Below are positions 15,197-29,135 of a DNA stretch of 64,000 bases, piece by piece. The DNA comes from the human T2T-CHM13v2.0 reference genome, Homo sapiens. Positions within the stretch are counted from its first letter, which is position 1, and the number at the start of each line of letters is the position of its first letter. A program made the translations under genes and the position numbers. The stretch is from the NCBI RefSeq assembly GCF_009914755.1, contig NC_060926.1. The stretch is one strand, 5' to 3'. The notes beneath the pieces are model-generated. The model searched no databases and had not been told where the DNA came from. It saw only the letters and a program-made list of their open reading frames with translations.

Positions 15197-15240
15197 GGAA
15201 GGAAGGAAGGAAGGAAGGAAGGAAGGAAGGAAGGAAGGAA
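15197..15240 (+). repeat. (GGAA)11 microsatellite
   Basis: Eleven consecutive GGAA units in the L1 inter-ORF region. Confidence 0.95.
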
Positions 15241-15525
15241 ACAGAAAACAAATAACAAAAATGAATGTAGTAAGTTTATACTTATCAATAATAACATTGA
15301 ATGTAAATGGACTAATCTCTCTACTCAAAAGCATAGAGTGGCTAAACAGATTTTAAAAACAAGACCAAATGACCTGTTGCCTACAAGAAACATGCTTCAC
15401 CTACAAAGACACACATGGGCTGAAAATAAGGGATGGAAAAAGATATTCCATGCACATGAAAACCAAAAAAAAAAAAAAAGCAGTAGTAGCTGTATCAGAT
15501 AAAATAAATTTCAAGACAAAACTAG

Positions 15526-16019
15526 AATAAGAGACAAAGAGGGCATTATGTAATGATAAAGGGGTCAATTCAATAAGAGGATACAAAAGTTGTAAACATA
15601 TATGCATCCAGCACTGGAGTGCTCAGATATATAAAAGCAAATATTATTAGAGCTAAAAAGAGAGATCAACCCCAATACAATACATGGAGACTTCAATACC
15701 CAACTTTCAGTATTAGACTGATCATCCAGACAGAAAATCAACCAAGGAATATTGGACCTAATCTGCACTATAAATAAGAGACAAAGAGGGCATGATGTAA
15801 TGATAAAGGGGTCAATTCAATAAGAGGATACAAAAGTTGTAAACATATAGGCATCCAGCACTGGAGTGCTCAGATATATAAAAGCAAATATTATTAGAGC
15901 TAAAAACAGAGATCAACCCCAATACAACACATGGAGACTTCAATACCCCACTTTCAATATTAGACTGATCATCCAGACAGAAAATCAGCCTAGGAATATT
16001 GGACCTAATCTGCACTATA
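15526..16019 (+). repeat. 247-bp tandem duplication within L1 ORF2 endonuclease region
   Basis: Units start AATAAGAGACAAAGAGGGCAT at 15526 and 15773; near-identical ORFs 15565-15768 and 15812-16015 are offset by 247. Confidence 0.95.
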
Positions 16020-17165
16020 AACCAAATAAACCTAATAGATATTTACAGAATATTTTAACCAATGGCTGCAGAATGCACATTCTTCTCCTTAGCACATGGA
16101 TCAATCTCAAGGATAGACTATATGTTAGGCCACAAAACAAATCTTAAAACGTTCAGAAAATTGAAATTATATCAAGTATTTTCTCTGACTACAATGGAAT
16201 GAAACCAGATATCAATAACAAGAGATACTTTGAGAACTATACAAATACCTGGAGATTAAACAATATGCTCCTGAATGACCAGTGAGTCAGTGAAGAAATT
16301 ATGAAGAAAATTTAAAAATTTCTTAAAACAAACAAAAATAGAAACACAACATACTAAAATCTATGGGATACAGCAAAAGCAGTACCAAGAACAAAGTTCA
16401 TAGCAATAACCACTTACATCAATAAAAGCAGAAAAACTTTTAATAAACAACCGAATGATGCATCTTTAAAAACTAGAAAAACAAAAGCAAACTAAATCTA
16501 AAATTAGTAGGAGAAAAGAAATAATAAAGATCAGAGCGGAAATAAACATAATTGAAACAAAAAAATACAAAAGATTAACGAAATGAAATGTTGGTTTTTT
16601 TGAAAACATAAACAAAATTGACAAACCTTTAGTGAGACTAAGCAAAAAAGAGAGAAGACCCAAATAAATAAAATTGGAGATGAAAAAGGAGACATTGCAA
16701 CTGATACCACAAAAATTCAAAGTATCATTAGTGGCTACTATGAGCAACTATATGCCAATAAATTGGAAAATATAGAAGAAATTTATAAATTCCTAGACCC
16801 ATACAACCTACCAAGTTTGAACCATGAAAAAATTCAAAACCTGAATAGACCAATAACAAGTAACAAGATCAAAACCATAATAAAAAGTCTCCCAGTAAAG
16901 AAAAGCCTGGGACCTGATGGCATCACTACTGAAATCTACCAAATATTTAAAGAACTACTACCAAACTTAATCAAACTATTCCAAAAAACAGAGAAAGGAA
17001 TATTTCCAAACTAATTCTATGATGCCAGTATTACCCTGATACTAAACCAGACAAAGACACATTAGAAAAAAAAAAACAAAAAACTACAGGCCAATATCTC
17101 TGCTAAATATTTATGCAAAAATTCTCAACAGAAGACTAGCAAACCAAATTCAGTAACACATTAAA

Positions 17166-17443
17166 CCCAGCACTTTGGGAGGCCAAGATGGGTGAATCAC
17201 GAGGTCAGGAGATCGAGACCATCTTGGCTAACACAGTGAAACCCCGTCTCTACTAAAAATACAAAAAAATTAGCCAGGCGTGGTGTGGCAGGTGCCTGTA
17301 GTCCCAGCTATTCAGGAGGCTGAGGCAGGAGAAGGGCGTGAACTCGGGAGGCGGAGCTTGCAGTGAGCCGAGATTGCACCACTGCACTCCAGCCTGGGCG
17401 ACAGAGCGAGACTCTGTCTCAAAAAAAATAATAGAAATAAAAA
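17166..17443 (+). mobile_element. 5'-truncated AluY
   Basis: GAGATCGAGACCATC..GCTAACAC and GCGGAGCTTGCAG; TSD TAACACATTAAA at 17154-17165 and 17444-17455. Confidence 0.92.
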
Positions 17444-18003
17444 TAACACATTAAAAGGACCATTAGTCACGACCTAGAAGGATTCATCCCAGGGATACAA
17501 TGACGGTTCAACACATATGCAAATCAATCAATGTGATATATCAACAGAATAAAGGACAGAAACTTTATGATCATTTCAATTGATGCTGAAAAAAGTATTG
17601 GATAAAATTCAACATTCCTTTAAGATAAAAACCCTGAAAAAACTGAGTACAGCAGAAACATACCTCAACACAATAAAAGCCATAGACAATTGACCCACAG
17701 CTAGTATCATGCTGAATAGGGAAAAACTGAAAATCTTTCCACTAAGATATGAAACAAGACAAGGATGCCCACTTTCACCAGCATTATTCAACATAGTATG
17801 GGAAGTCATAGCTAGAGAAATCAGACAAGAGAAAGAATCAAAAGGCATCCAAGTTGAAAGGGAAGTCAAATTATTCTTGTTTGCAGGTGACATAATCTTA
17901 TATTTGGAAAAACCTGAAGACTCCACCAAGAAAACCATAGAACTGATAAGTTCAGTAAAGTTTCAAGACACAAAATCAGCATCCAAAAATCAGTAGCATT
18001 TCT

Positions 18004-18320
18004 GGCCGGGCACAGTGCCTCATGCCAGTAACCTTGGCACTTTGAGAGGCCAAGGTGGGCAGATAGCTTGAGTCCAGACATTAGAGACCAGCCTGAGCAA
18101 CATGATGAAACCCTGTCTCTACAAAAAATACAAAAATTAGCCATTAGCCAGGCATGGTGGCACACGCCTGTAGTCCCAGCTACCCGGGAGGCTGAGGTGG
18201 GAGGATCGCTTGACCCCAAGGGGGTGAAGGTTGCAGTGAGCTGAGATCACACCACTGTACTTCAGCCTGGGTGACACAGCAGGACCGTGTCTCAATAAAA
18301 CAAAACAAAACACAACAAAA
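18004..18320 (+). mobile_element. AluJ
   Basis: GAGGTGGGAGGATCGCTTGA right-arm J diagnostic; AAAAC-type tail. Confidence 0.9.
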
Positions 18321-18363
18321 AGTATTTCTATAGGCCAACAGTGAACAATCTGAAAAAAAACAC

Positions 18364-21300
18364 GGGAAGTGGTCAAGATGGCCAACTAGAAGAAGCTAGG
18401 GTGAGTGGCTCTCACAGAGAAGAATGAAAGGGGTGCATAAATTCAGCACCTTCAACTGAAACATCCAGGTACTCACACTGAGACTAATCAAGGAAACAAC
18501 TCGACCCACAGAGAACAGAAAAAAGCAAGGCAGTATGATGGCAAACCCAGGAGCCTGGGGAACCTCCCCGACCCAGGACGCAGTGAGTGAATGTGCGACC
18601 CCAGGAAACCATGCTTTTCCCACAAAGCTTTACAACTCTTGGGTCAGGAGAACCCCTCACAAACCGACTCCACCAGGGCCTACAGTCTGACACAGAGAGA
18701 TATTTGGAGTCTTGGCAGAGCAGTCACTCAGGCAAGCACGGAGACCCAGGAGCTTTAGATACTTCAGCTCTGGGCTTCCCAGCAAAAGTAACTGAAACTC
18801 TGGCAAAGCAGGAGATTACACCCCCCTACATATCCCAGGGAAAGAGACTGAATCCAGGGCACCAAGGGGCAACAGTCTGCAGGCCCCACTCCCATGGCAC
18901 CTTACAGGATAAGATCCACTGGCTTGAAATTCCAGCCAGCCACTGGCAGCAGTGTTGCACCTACCTGGGATAGAGTTCCCAGTGGGAGGGGCAGGTGGCC
19001 ATCTTTGCTGTTTAGGCAACTTGGCCCTTCCACCCTTTGGACCCTTCTATCCTGTGGGCTTTGGAGAATCCAAACTAACTGGGAGTAAAAGGGGTCCCCC
19101 AGCACAGCACAGCTGCTCTACCAAAATGTGAGCAGACTGCTCCTTTAGGCAAGTCCCCAGTCCATTCCTCCTCACTGGGCAGGACCTCCCAACCCTCACT
19201 GGAGGCCCTCCCAGGGTTTACCTGGTCCCAACCAGGGTCTACAGCCACTTCATACAGGTGCCTTTAGACCAGCAATAGGTCTATACCTTCCTGGGACAGA
19301 GCTCCCAGAGAAAGAGGCAGGCTACCATCTTTGCTGTTTCACAGCCTTCACTGGTGATACCTCCAGGTACTGGAAAATCCAAGGTGACTAGAAACTGGAG
19401 CATACCCCCAGAAACTGGAGCAGACCCCAGACAGCAGCCCTACAGAAAAGTGGCAGATTGTTAAAAGAAAAAAAAAAATCCAAAGGTCAGCAACCTCAAG
19501 GAGTTACAGTAGATAAGCCCACAAAGATGAGGAAAAAAAAGTCAGTTCAAGAACACTAAAAACTAAAAAAACAGAGTACCCTCTTTCCTCCAAATAACCT
19601 GCACCACCTCTCCAGCAATGGTTCAGAACTAGGCTGAGGCTGAGATGACTGAAATGACAGGAGTAGAATTTAGAATATGGATAGGAATGAGCTTCACTAA
19701 GCTAAAGGAGGACATTGCAACCCAATGCAAGAAAGCTAAAAATTATGATAAAACATTGCAGGAGCTGACAGACCAAATAGCCGGTATAGAGAAGAACATA
19801 ACTGACCCAATAGAGATGAAAAACACACTACATGAATTCCATAATGCAATAATAAGTATTAATAGCAGAATAGACCAGGCAGAGGGAAGAATTTCGGAAC
19901 TTGAAGACTGGATTTCTGAAATAAGAAGGCAGACAAAATTAGAGAAAAAAGAATGAAAAGGAACAAACAAAACCATCAAGAAATATGAAATTATATAAAG
20001 AGACTGAATCTAAAACGGATTGGTGTACCTGAAAGAGATGGAGAGAATGGAACCGATTTGGAAAACATATTTTATGATATCATCCATTAAAACTTCCCCA
20101 ACCTACAAGAGAGGCCAATATTCAAATTCAGGAAATCCAGAGAACACCAGTAATATACTTCATGATAAGATCATCCCCAAGACACATAATCAACAGATTC
20201 TCCAAGGTTGAAATGAAAGAAAAAAATGTTAAAAACAGTTAGAAAGAAAAGAAAACCCATCAGAAAACAGTGAACCTCTCAGCTGAAACCCTACAGCCAG
20301 AAGAAACTGAGTGCCAATATTCAACATTCCTAAAGAAAATAAATACAAACCAAGAATTTCATATCCAGTCAAACTAAGCTTCATAAGTGAAGAAGAAATA
20401 AGATTCTTTTCAGAGAAGCAAGCGCTGAGAGAATTTGTTACCACCAGACCTGCCTTACAAGAGCTCCTGAAGGAAGCACTATGGGAAGGAAAGACTGTTA
20501 CCAGCCACTACAAAAACACATTGAAGTACACAGACCAGTGACACTATAAAGCAACCACATAAACAAGCCAGCATAATAACCAGCTAGCATCATGATGACA
20601 GGATCAAATCCACACATATCAATACTAACCTTAAATGTAAATGAGCTAAATGCCCAATTAAATAATACAGAGTGGCAAGCTGGATAAAGAACCAAAATCC
20701 ATTGGTATGCTATCTTCAAGAGACCTGTCTCACATGCAATGACACATATAGGCTCAAAATAAAGGGATAAAGAAAAATCTACCAAGCAAACAGAAAACAG
20801 AAAAAGGCAGGGGTTGCAATCCTAGTTTCTGACAAGAGAGACTTTAAACCAACAAAGATCAAAAAAGACAAAGAAGGGCATTAAATAAAGGTAAAGTGTT
20901 CAATTTAACAAGAAGATCTAATTATCCTAAATATATATACACTCAATGCAGGATCACCCAGATTCATAAAGCAAGTTCTTAGAGACTTTCAAAGAGATCT
21001 AGACTTCCACATAATAATGGTGGGGGACTTTAACACCACACTGACAATATTAGATCACTGAGACAGAAAATTAACAAAGATATTCAGGACCTGAACTCAG
21101 CACTGAATCAAATAGATAGATATCTACAGAACTCTCCACCTCAAAACGACAGGACATACATTCTTCTCATCATCACATGGCACTTACTCTAAATTGATCA
21201 CATAATCTGAAGTAAAACTCTCCTCAGCAAATGCAAAAGAACTGAAATTATAACAGTCTCTTGGACAGTGAAATAAAAATAGAAATCAAGACTAAGAAAT

Positions 21301-24300
21301 TCACTCAAAACCATACCATTATATGGAAATTGAATAACCTGCTTTTGAATGACTCTTCAGTAAATAATGAAACTAAGGCAGAAATCCAGAAGTTCTTTGA
21401 AACTAATGAACAAAAATACAACATACCAGAATCTCTGGGACACAGCTTAGGCAGTGTTAAGAAGGAAATTTATAACACTAAATGCCCACATCAGAAAGTG
21501 AGAAAGATCTCAAGTTAACAACCTAACTTCACAACTAAAAGAACTAGAGAACCAAGAGCAAACAAACTCCAAAGCTAGAAGAAGACAAGAAATAACCAAG
21601 ACCAGAACTGAACTGAAGGAGATAGAGACACAAAAATATATTCAAAAAATCAATGAATTCAGAAGGTAGTTTTTTGAAAAAAATAATAAAATAGAGCACT
21701 AGCTAGACTAATAAAAAAGAAAATAAAGAAGATTCAAATGAACATAATCAGAAACAATAAGGGGGATATTACCAGTGAACCGACAGAAATGCAAACAACC
21801 ATCAGAAAATATTATAAATACTTCCATGCATACAAACTAGAAAATTTAGAAGAAATGGATAAATTCCTGGATATATATACCCTCCCAGGACTGAATCAGA
21901 AAGAAATTGAATCCCTGAACAGACTAATAATGAGCTCTGAAATTAAGGTGGTAATAAACAGTTTACCAACGAAAAAAAAAGCCCCAGGACCAGACCAATT
22001 CACAGCTGAATTCTACCAGATGTCCAGAGAAGAACTGGTACCATTCCTACTGAAACTATTTCAAAAGATTGAAGACAAGGGACTCCTCCTTAACTCATTC
22101 TATGAGGCCAGCATCATCCTGATACCAAAACCTGGCAGAGATACAACAACAACAACAAAAAACTTCAGGCCAGTATCCTTGATGGACATTGATGCAAAAA
22201 CCATCAACAAAATATTGGCACACTGAATCAAGCAACACATCCAAAAACAAATCCACAGCAATCAAGTAGGCTTCATCCTTAGGTTGCAAGGTTGGTTCGA
22301 CATGCAAATCAATAAATATGATTCATCACATAAACTGAGCTAAAGACGAAAACCATATAATTATCACAATAGAGGCAGAGGAGACTTTTGATAAAATTCA
22401 ACATTGATTCATGTTAAAAACTCTCAATAAAGTAGGTATTGAAGGAACATACCTCAAAATAATAAGAATAATCTATGACAAACCCACAGCCAACACTATA
22501 CTGAATGGGCAATAGCTGGAAGCATTCCCCTTGAAAGGCAGCACAAGACAAGGATGCCCTCTCTCACCACTCCCATTCAACATAGTATTGGAAATCCTGG
22601 CCAGAGAAATAAGGCAAGAGAAAGAAATAACTGGCATTCAAATAGGAAGAGAGGAAGTCAAATTATCTTTGTTTGCAGATGACATAATCTTATATCTAGG
22701 AAACCCCATCGTCTCAGCCCAAAAGCTTCTTAAGCTGATAAACAACTTATGCAAAGTTTCAGGATACAAAATCAATGTGCAGAAATCACAAGCATTCCTA
22801 TACACCAACACTCAAGCCAAGAGCCAAATCACAAATAAACTCTCATTCACAATTGTCACAAAAAGAATAAAATACCTAGGAATATAGCTAACTAGGGAGA
22901 TGAAAGATCTCTACAAAGAGAACTACAAACCACTGTTCAAAGAAATCAGCAATGACACAAACAAATGGAAAAACATTCCATGCTCATGGATAGGAAGAAT
23001 CAATATCATGAAAATGGCCATACTGCCCAAAGCAATTTATAGATTCAATGCTATTCCCATCAAGTTACCATTGGCTTTCTTCACAGAATTAGAAAAACTA
23101 CTTTAAATTTCATATGGAACCAAAAAAGAGCTCGTATAGCCAAGAAAATCCTAAGCAAAAAGAACAAAGCTGGAGGCATCACATTACCTGACTTAAAATT
23201 ATACTACAAGGCTACAGTGACCAAAACAACATGGTACTGGTACCAAAACAGATACATAGACCAATAGAACAGAACAGAGTCCTCAGAAATAAGACCACAC
23301 ATCTACAACCATCTGCTCTTCGACAAGCCTGACAAAAACAAGCAATGGAAAAAAGATTCTCTATTTAATAAATGGTGCTGGGAAAATTCGCCAGCCATAT
23401 GCAGAAAACAAAAACTGGACCCCTTCCTTACACCTTATACAAAAATTAACTCAAGATGGATTAAAGACTTAAATGTAAAACCTAAAATAATAAACACCCT
23501 AGAAGAAAACCTAGGCAATACCATTCAGGACATAGGCATAGGCAAAGACTTTATGGCTAAAATACAAAAAGCAACTGCAAAAAAAGCCAAAATTGACAAA
23601 TGGGATCTAATTAAACCAAAAAGCTTCTCCACAACAAAAGAAACTATCATCAGAGTAAACAGGCAACCTACAGAATGGGAGAAAAGTTTTGCAATCTATC
23701 CATCTGACAAAGGGCTAATATCCAGAATCTACAAGGAACTTAAACAAATTTACAAGAAAAAACAACCCCATCAAAAAGTGGGCAAAGGATATGAAAAGAC
23801 ACTTCTCAAAAGAAGACATTTATGTGGCCAACAAACATATGAAAAAAAGTTTATCATAACTGGTCATTAGAGAAATGCAAATCAAAACCACAGTGACATA
23901 CCATCTCACACCAGTTACAATGGCAATTATTAAAAAGTCAGGAAACAACAGATGCTGGAGAGGATGTGGAGAAATAGGAGCGCTTTTACACTGTTGGTGG
24001 GAATGTAAATTCGTTCGACCATTGTGGAAAACTGTGTGGCGATTCCTCAAGGATCTAGAACTAGAAATACCATTTGACCCAGCAATCCCATTATTGGGTA
24101 TATACCCAAAGGATTATAAATCATTCTACTATAAAGACACATGCACAAGTATGTTTATTGCGGCACTATTTACAATAGCAAAGACTTGGAACCAACCCAA
24201 ATGCCCATCGGTGATAGACTGGAGAAAGAAAATGTGGCATATGTACACCATGGAATACTATGCAGCCATAAAAAAAGAGTTCATGTCCTTTGCAGGGACA

Positions 24301-24615
24301 TGACTGAAGCTGGAAGCCATCATTCTCAGCAAACTAACACAGGAACAGAAAACCAAATACCACATGTTCTCACTCATAAGTGGGATTTGAACAATGAGAA
24401 CACAGGGAGGGGAACATCACACACTGGGGCCTGTCGGGGGTTGGGGAACAAGGGGAGGGAGAGCATTAGGGCAAATACCTAATCCATGTGGGGCTTAAAA
24501 CCTAGATGGTGGGTTAAAAGGTGCAGCAAACCACCATGGCATATGTATATCTATGTAACAAACCTGCACGTTCTGCATATGTATCCCAGAACTTAAATTA
24601 AAAAAAAAAAAAAAA
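18364..24615 (+). mobile_element. Full-length but inactive L1PA (L1PA8A-L1PA13 age class)
   Basis: 5'UTR CAAGATGGCCAACTAGAAG..CAGCACCTTCAACTGAAACATCCAGG; ORF1 pieces 19645-20541; ORF2 pieces 21738-24303 including FADD and the C-terminal Cys-rich region; 3'UTR GGGGCTTAAAACCTAGATG and poly(A). Confidence 0.93.
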
Positions 24616-25743
24616 CCTCTGAATGCTTGGGGAGACTGATCTGACTTATAATAAAATTCGTTTCCCATTAAAAAAACAAAAAATTTAAAAAAATCATTAC
24701 AAAGTATTTAAAATTTTAAAAGGAAAGTGGATAAAGATTCAGCTCATTTTGTGTCATTTCATTTGCAATTAGATCCTATATTTTCTTTTTCTGTAGATGC
24801 TTGAGTTTGGCAAGTTATGAGTGGATTAACATATTTTATGATACCATGGGACTGCCACAGTTATGTCCTCTGTTAGTTTCAGAGTCAGAGCCTATTGTGT
24901 ACAGCCAAAGGCTTAGGCCGATTCCAAATAGAATAAAAAGCAGCCACTTTCAGAGCACATTTAAGACATCTAACATTTGAGAAAGTTCATTGGCATTGTC
25001 AACTACCCTCTCATTAAATTCTATCCTAGGCAAAGCAGGACAACCAGGAAATAATACCAAAAAATCACATTTCCTTCATGCCTCTGAGAATTTCATTTAC
25101 TTAGTTATGATTAACCCTTGGCCTGTCCTTTCACTGAAGATGAACACAGACATCACCTATTGAAGCAAGTGAAAATCGATGTCCTAAATACTACTCATTC
25201 TACTACTCCTGGTAGTATATCCTAATACAAACACAACTCAAATGAGACCTTTACATGACGTATATCCTGATCCTGAGTAAAAGAAATGTTCTAATTTATC
25301 ATGATCACTTGTTGATATTAGAGCATGTCTTCAAATAATACAGTTACAATGTTTAAGTTTCTTAGAGGTCAGATGTCTTACCTATTTTATATCCCCAAGG
25401 GTGGGCAATTTACAAATATCAACTGATTTCTTGACTTCTTGACTCTTGTGCCTATCTCAAAGAGGCTAAAAGTAAAGGGTAAAGAAGGTATTGGAAAAGA
25501 TGTTGGAGGAAGGAAAAAGTGAGAGAAGTTAGGTAAAATTAAAGAAGCAATGTTAACGGCTCACTCCACAGAACTCAGGGCTGCTAAGTGCCTAACAACA
25601 TAAAAGAAAAAATCGACTTTAGGGCACTACAAAAAAAAAAAAGGAAAGAAAGAAAAGAAAAAGAATGTTAATGATAAAGAGTATTAATGATAAACAAACT
25701 TTAAGTTTCCAGAGTTAGAAGAAAAAGAAAGTAGGAGATTGTT

Positions 25744-26109
<366 letters not shown>

Positions 26110-26381
26110 TTAAAAATGAATAGGAAAATATTTAGTGAAATGGAAAAATATTCACAATATATTAACTGAGAAAAAAACCTAAGCTACTTATGAACGAATG
26201 ATATACTGTACTGCCTTTGATTTGCTTCAAAAATAATTCATGATGGGGGAAGTGAATTAGGGTTTAGATAAAAGAATATGGACCATGAGTCAACAATTAT
26301 AGAAGTGAAGTGATTGAGTAATGGAAGATCGTTATACTATCAGTCTGCTTTTATATATGTGCAAAATTCTCCACAATAATG

Positions 26382-26718
26382 AAATCATGTCATTTGCAGC
26401 AATATGGATGCAGCTGGAGACCATTATCCTAAGTGAATTAATGTAGGAACAGGAAACCAAATGCCATGTGTTTTCGACTTTTAAGTGGAAGCTAAATACT
26501 GGGTACTCATGGACATAAAGATGGCAACAATTTACGGTGAGAAATACTATGGGGGTAGGGGGAGCAATGGTTGAAAAACTAACAACTGTGTACTGTGCTC
26601 ACTACCTGGGTGACAGGATCAGTTGCACCCCAAACCTCAGTATCATGCAATATACTCATGTAAAAAAACAGCACATGTACCCCCCGGAATCTAAAATAAA
26701 AGTTGAAATTATTTTTTT
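26382..26718 (+). mobile_element. 5'-truncated L1PB-like 3' end inserted in older L1M sequence
   Basis: GGACATAAAGATGGCAACAAT..TTGAAAAACTAAC..CCCCAAACCTCAG..AATCTAAAATAAAAGTTG; 17-bp TSD AATTCTCCACAATAATG at 26365-26381 and 26719-26735. Confidence 0.88.
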
Positions 26719-27139
26719 AATTCTCCACAATAATGTTTTTTAACACTATGTACTATATGAATAAATTTAAATATGGAAATACAAAATACAAAAAAGATAA
26801 ATGATATATCTCAAAAAGTTAAGGGTGGTTATATCTGATCACTTTTATTATCATTCATTTATTCCTATTTTAAAAGGATTTGTACTAAATGCAAATTAGT
26901 TTTGTAATAAAAACTAAAAATCTAACATAAAAGTCACCTATTTCTGTCTTCAGCCTCTGCTACTTGTCCACATTTCCTTTAAAATTCAGTATCATTCCAT
27001 TTTCACCACTTTGTTTTCTAATAGCATTCCATTTTTCATAAGCAGAAAGTATGTATGAAGCATAAAGATTATTTTTGTTTGAAGGTTGAAAAAAATTATT
27101 CAGAAACTCAATTTGGGGGCCTGCTTTTTTATGTTTTAG

Positions 27140-27485
27140 TTCAGTGCTTCTCAATCCTGCCTATATATTAGAATCACTTGGGGGCTTTTTAAACAGACAT
27201 CATTGCCCAGCCTCTATTCCCAAATATTCTGATTTAATTGGCCTGAGACAGGGCTCGGGCACTGGGCAATATTTTTTTTCAGCTCCCAGTTGATTCTAAT
27301 GTCCAAGCATGGCTCAGAGCTGCTGTCTTTGCATCTACTTTACACAATGATTCTCAAGTGTGGTCACACATTAGAGTCACTATGGAAGCTGTAAAAAATA
27401 AATAAATAAATACTTAGGCCTAGAGCCCACTCTCAAGATTCTGATTTAATTGGTCTCAGCTGTGGCCTGGGCTTTGGAATTTTTA
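27140..27485. mobile_element. Two adjacent MER5-like DNA transposon fragments
   Basis: Two copies of ATTAGA.TCAC..ATTCTGATTTAATTGG.CT motifs. Confidence 0.6.
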
Positions 27486-27844
27486 CCCCACCCATACTTT
27501 TCTACTGACTACAAATATCTTGCATTTATTCACTGATGTTTGAGATTTATTTCTCTGCTAATCATTTGCTTCTGTTAAAAACACCCGACTAAGAAAACAC
27601 CCATGAAAGATCTGCAATCCTTGACAGTTCAATGAGAACAAATATGTGTTTAGTCTGTCTTTCTGATCAACATTTTGAAAAGTTTTTCATGTGGGAAAAG
27701 AGAAAAGAGTGGTAAGACAAAGGGTATATGAGGGCATGACACCAAATATATATAATTAGAAAGATGGAGAAGGCACAAGAAAGAGACACTAGGGCAAAAG
27801 ACTAATTTTCCCTGTTTTAAAGGTGGAAGATGATACAAAAAGAC

Positions 27845-28440
<596 letters not shown>

Positions 28441-28969
28441 TCTGTGGCCCCTAATATGATGAAATTGGTCACCACATTAACCAATATTTTCAACTTTGCA
28501 AAGCACACCAAGAGACATTTTTCTGGTAATCTATTAAAGCTTAACACTGATTTTCAATGAACACCATTAAAATCCAGAGCTCATCAGGGTTTCAATGATT
28601 TTCTAGTACAACATGTAGTAAGCATTTAATGTTTCATTTGCTAATGCCACTTTTCTTTCCATAGACTCAAATTTTTCAGTAGCTCACATTTTTTAAAGGA
28701 TCTTCATTCAATTTTTTGTTACCACTTTCTCTCACCTCCACTGTTTTCCTAGTTTTCTGAACTTAAATCTATAAAACATAATGTAAGTTTTGTATTTAAA
28801 ACTCTAAAATGCATTCAATAAAATGGAAAATTTCTTCAAGCAATAAGGAAAACAATTACAGGTGACTGAGAAAATTTCCTTATATCACACATAGTTTTCG
28901 GTGATCTATTCTAAAATTTAATCTTAAACTAGCTTAGTTTTTAATTGACTTTCTCCTCAACACTCTTGT

Positions 28970-29135
28970 CAATGTTTCCCAAACTTATCTAATGACACAG
29001 ATCACTTGGGGTGCTTTTTTAAAATGTGAACTCCCAAAACCCTCCCTGGGGATTCTGATTTAGTAAGTCAAGGGTGGAACCCAGGAATCTGTAACTGCCT
29101 ATGTATGGCAGGTGATTCTACGTTAAGCTAAGTTT
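28970..29135. mobile_element. MER5-like fragment
   Basis: GTTTCCCAAACTT..ATCACTTGGGGTGCT..GATTCTGATTTAGTAAGTC..CCCAGGAATCTGTA. Confidence 0.6.

Larger units (their letters stand above)
11507..18358 (+). mobile_element. L1MA1-3-like LINE-1: 5'UTR with internal repeats of about 310-360 bp, ORF1, ORF2 to end of RT; 3' part missing
   Basis: 5' end GGAGGCAGAC..ATGGCCAAATAGAA; repeated TTGGATACCAGCT..GGCATTTCTGGAC units near 12509, 12869 and 13181; ORF1 peptide 13958-14215; RT peptide 17709-17996 ([12 protein letters not shown]). Confidence 0.9.

Noticed and set aside
18364-24615. Full-length L1 as a retrotransposition-competent element
   Set aside because: ORF1 and ORF2 are broken into many short frames
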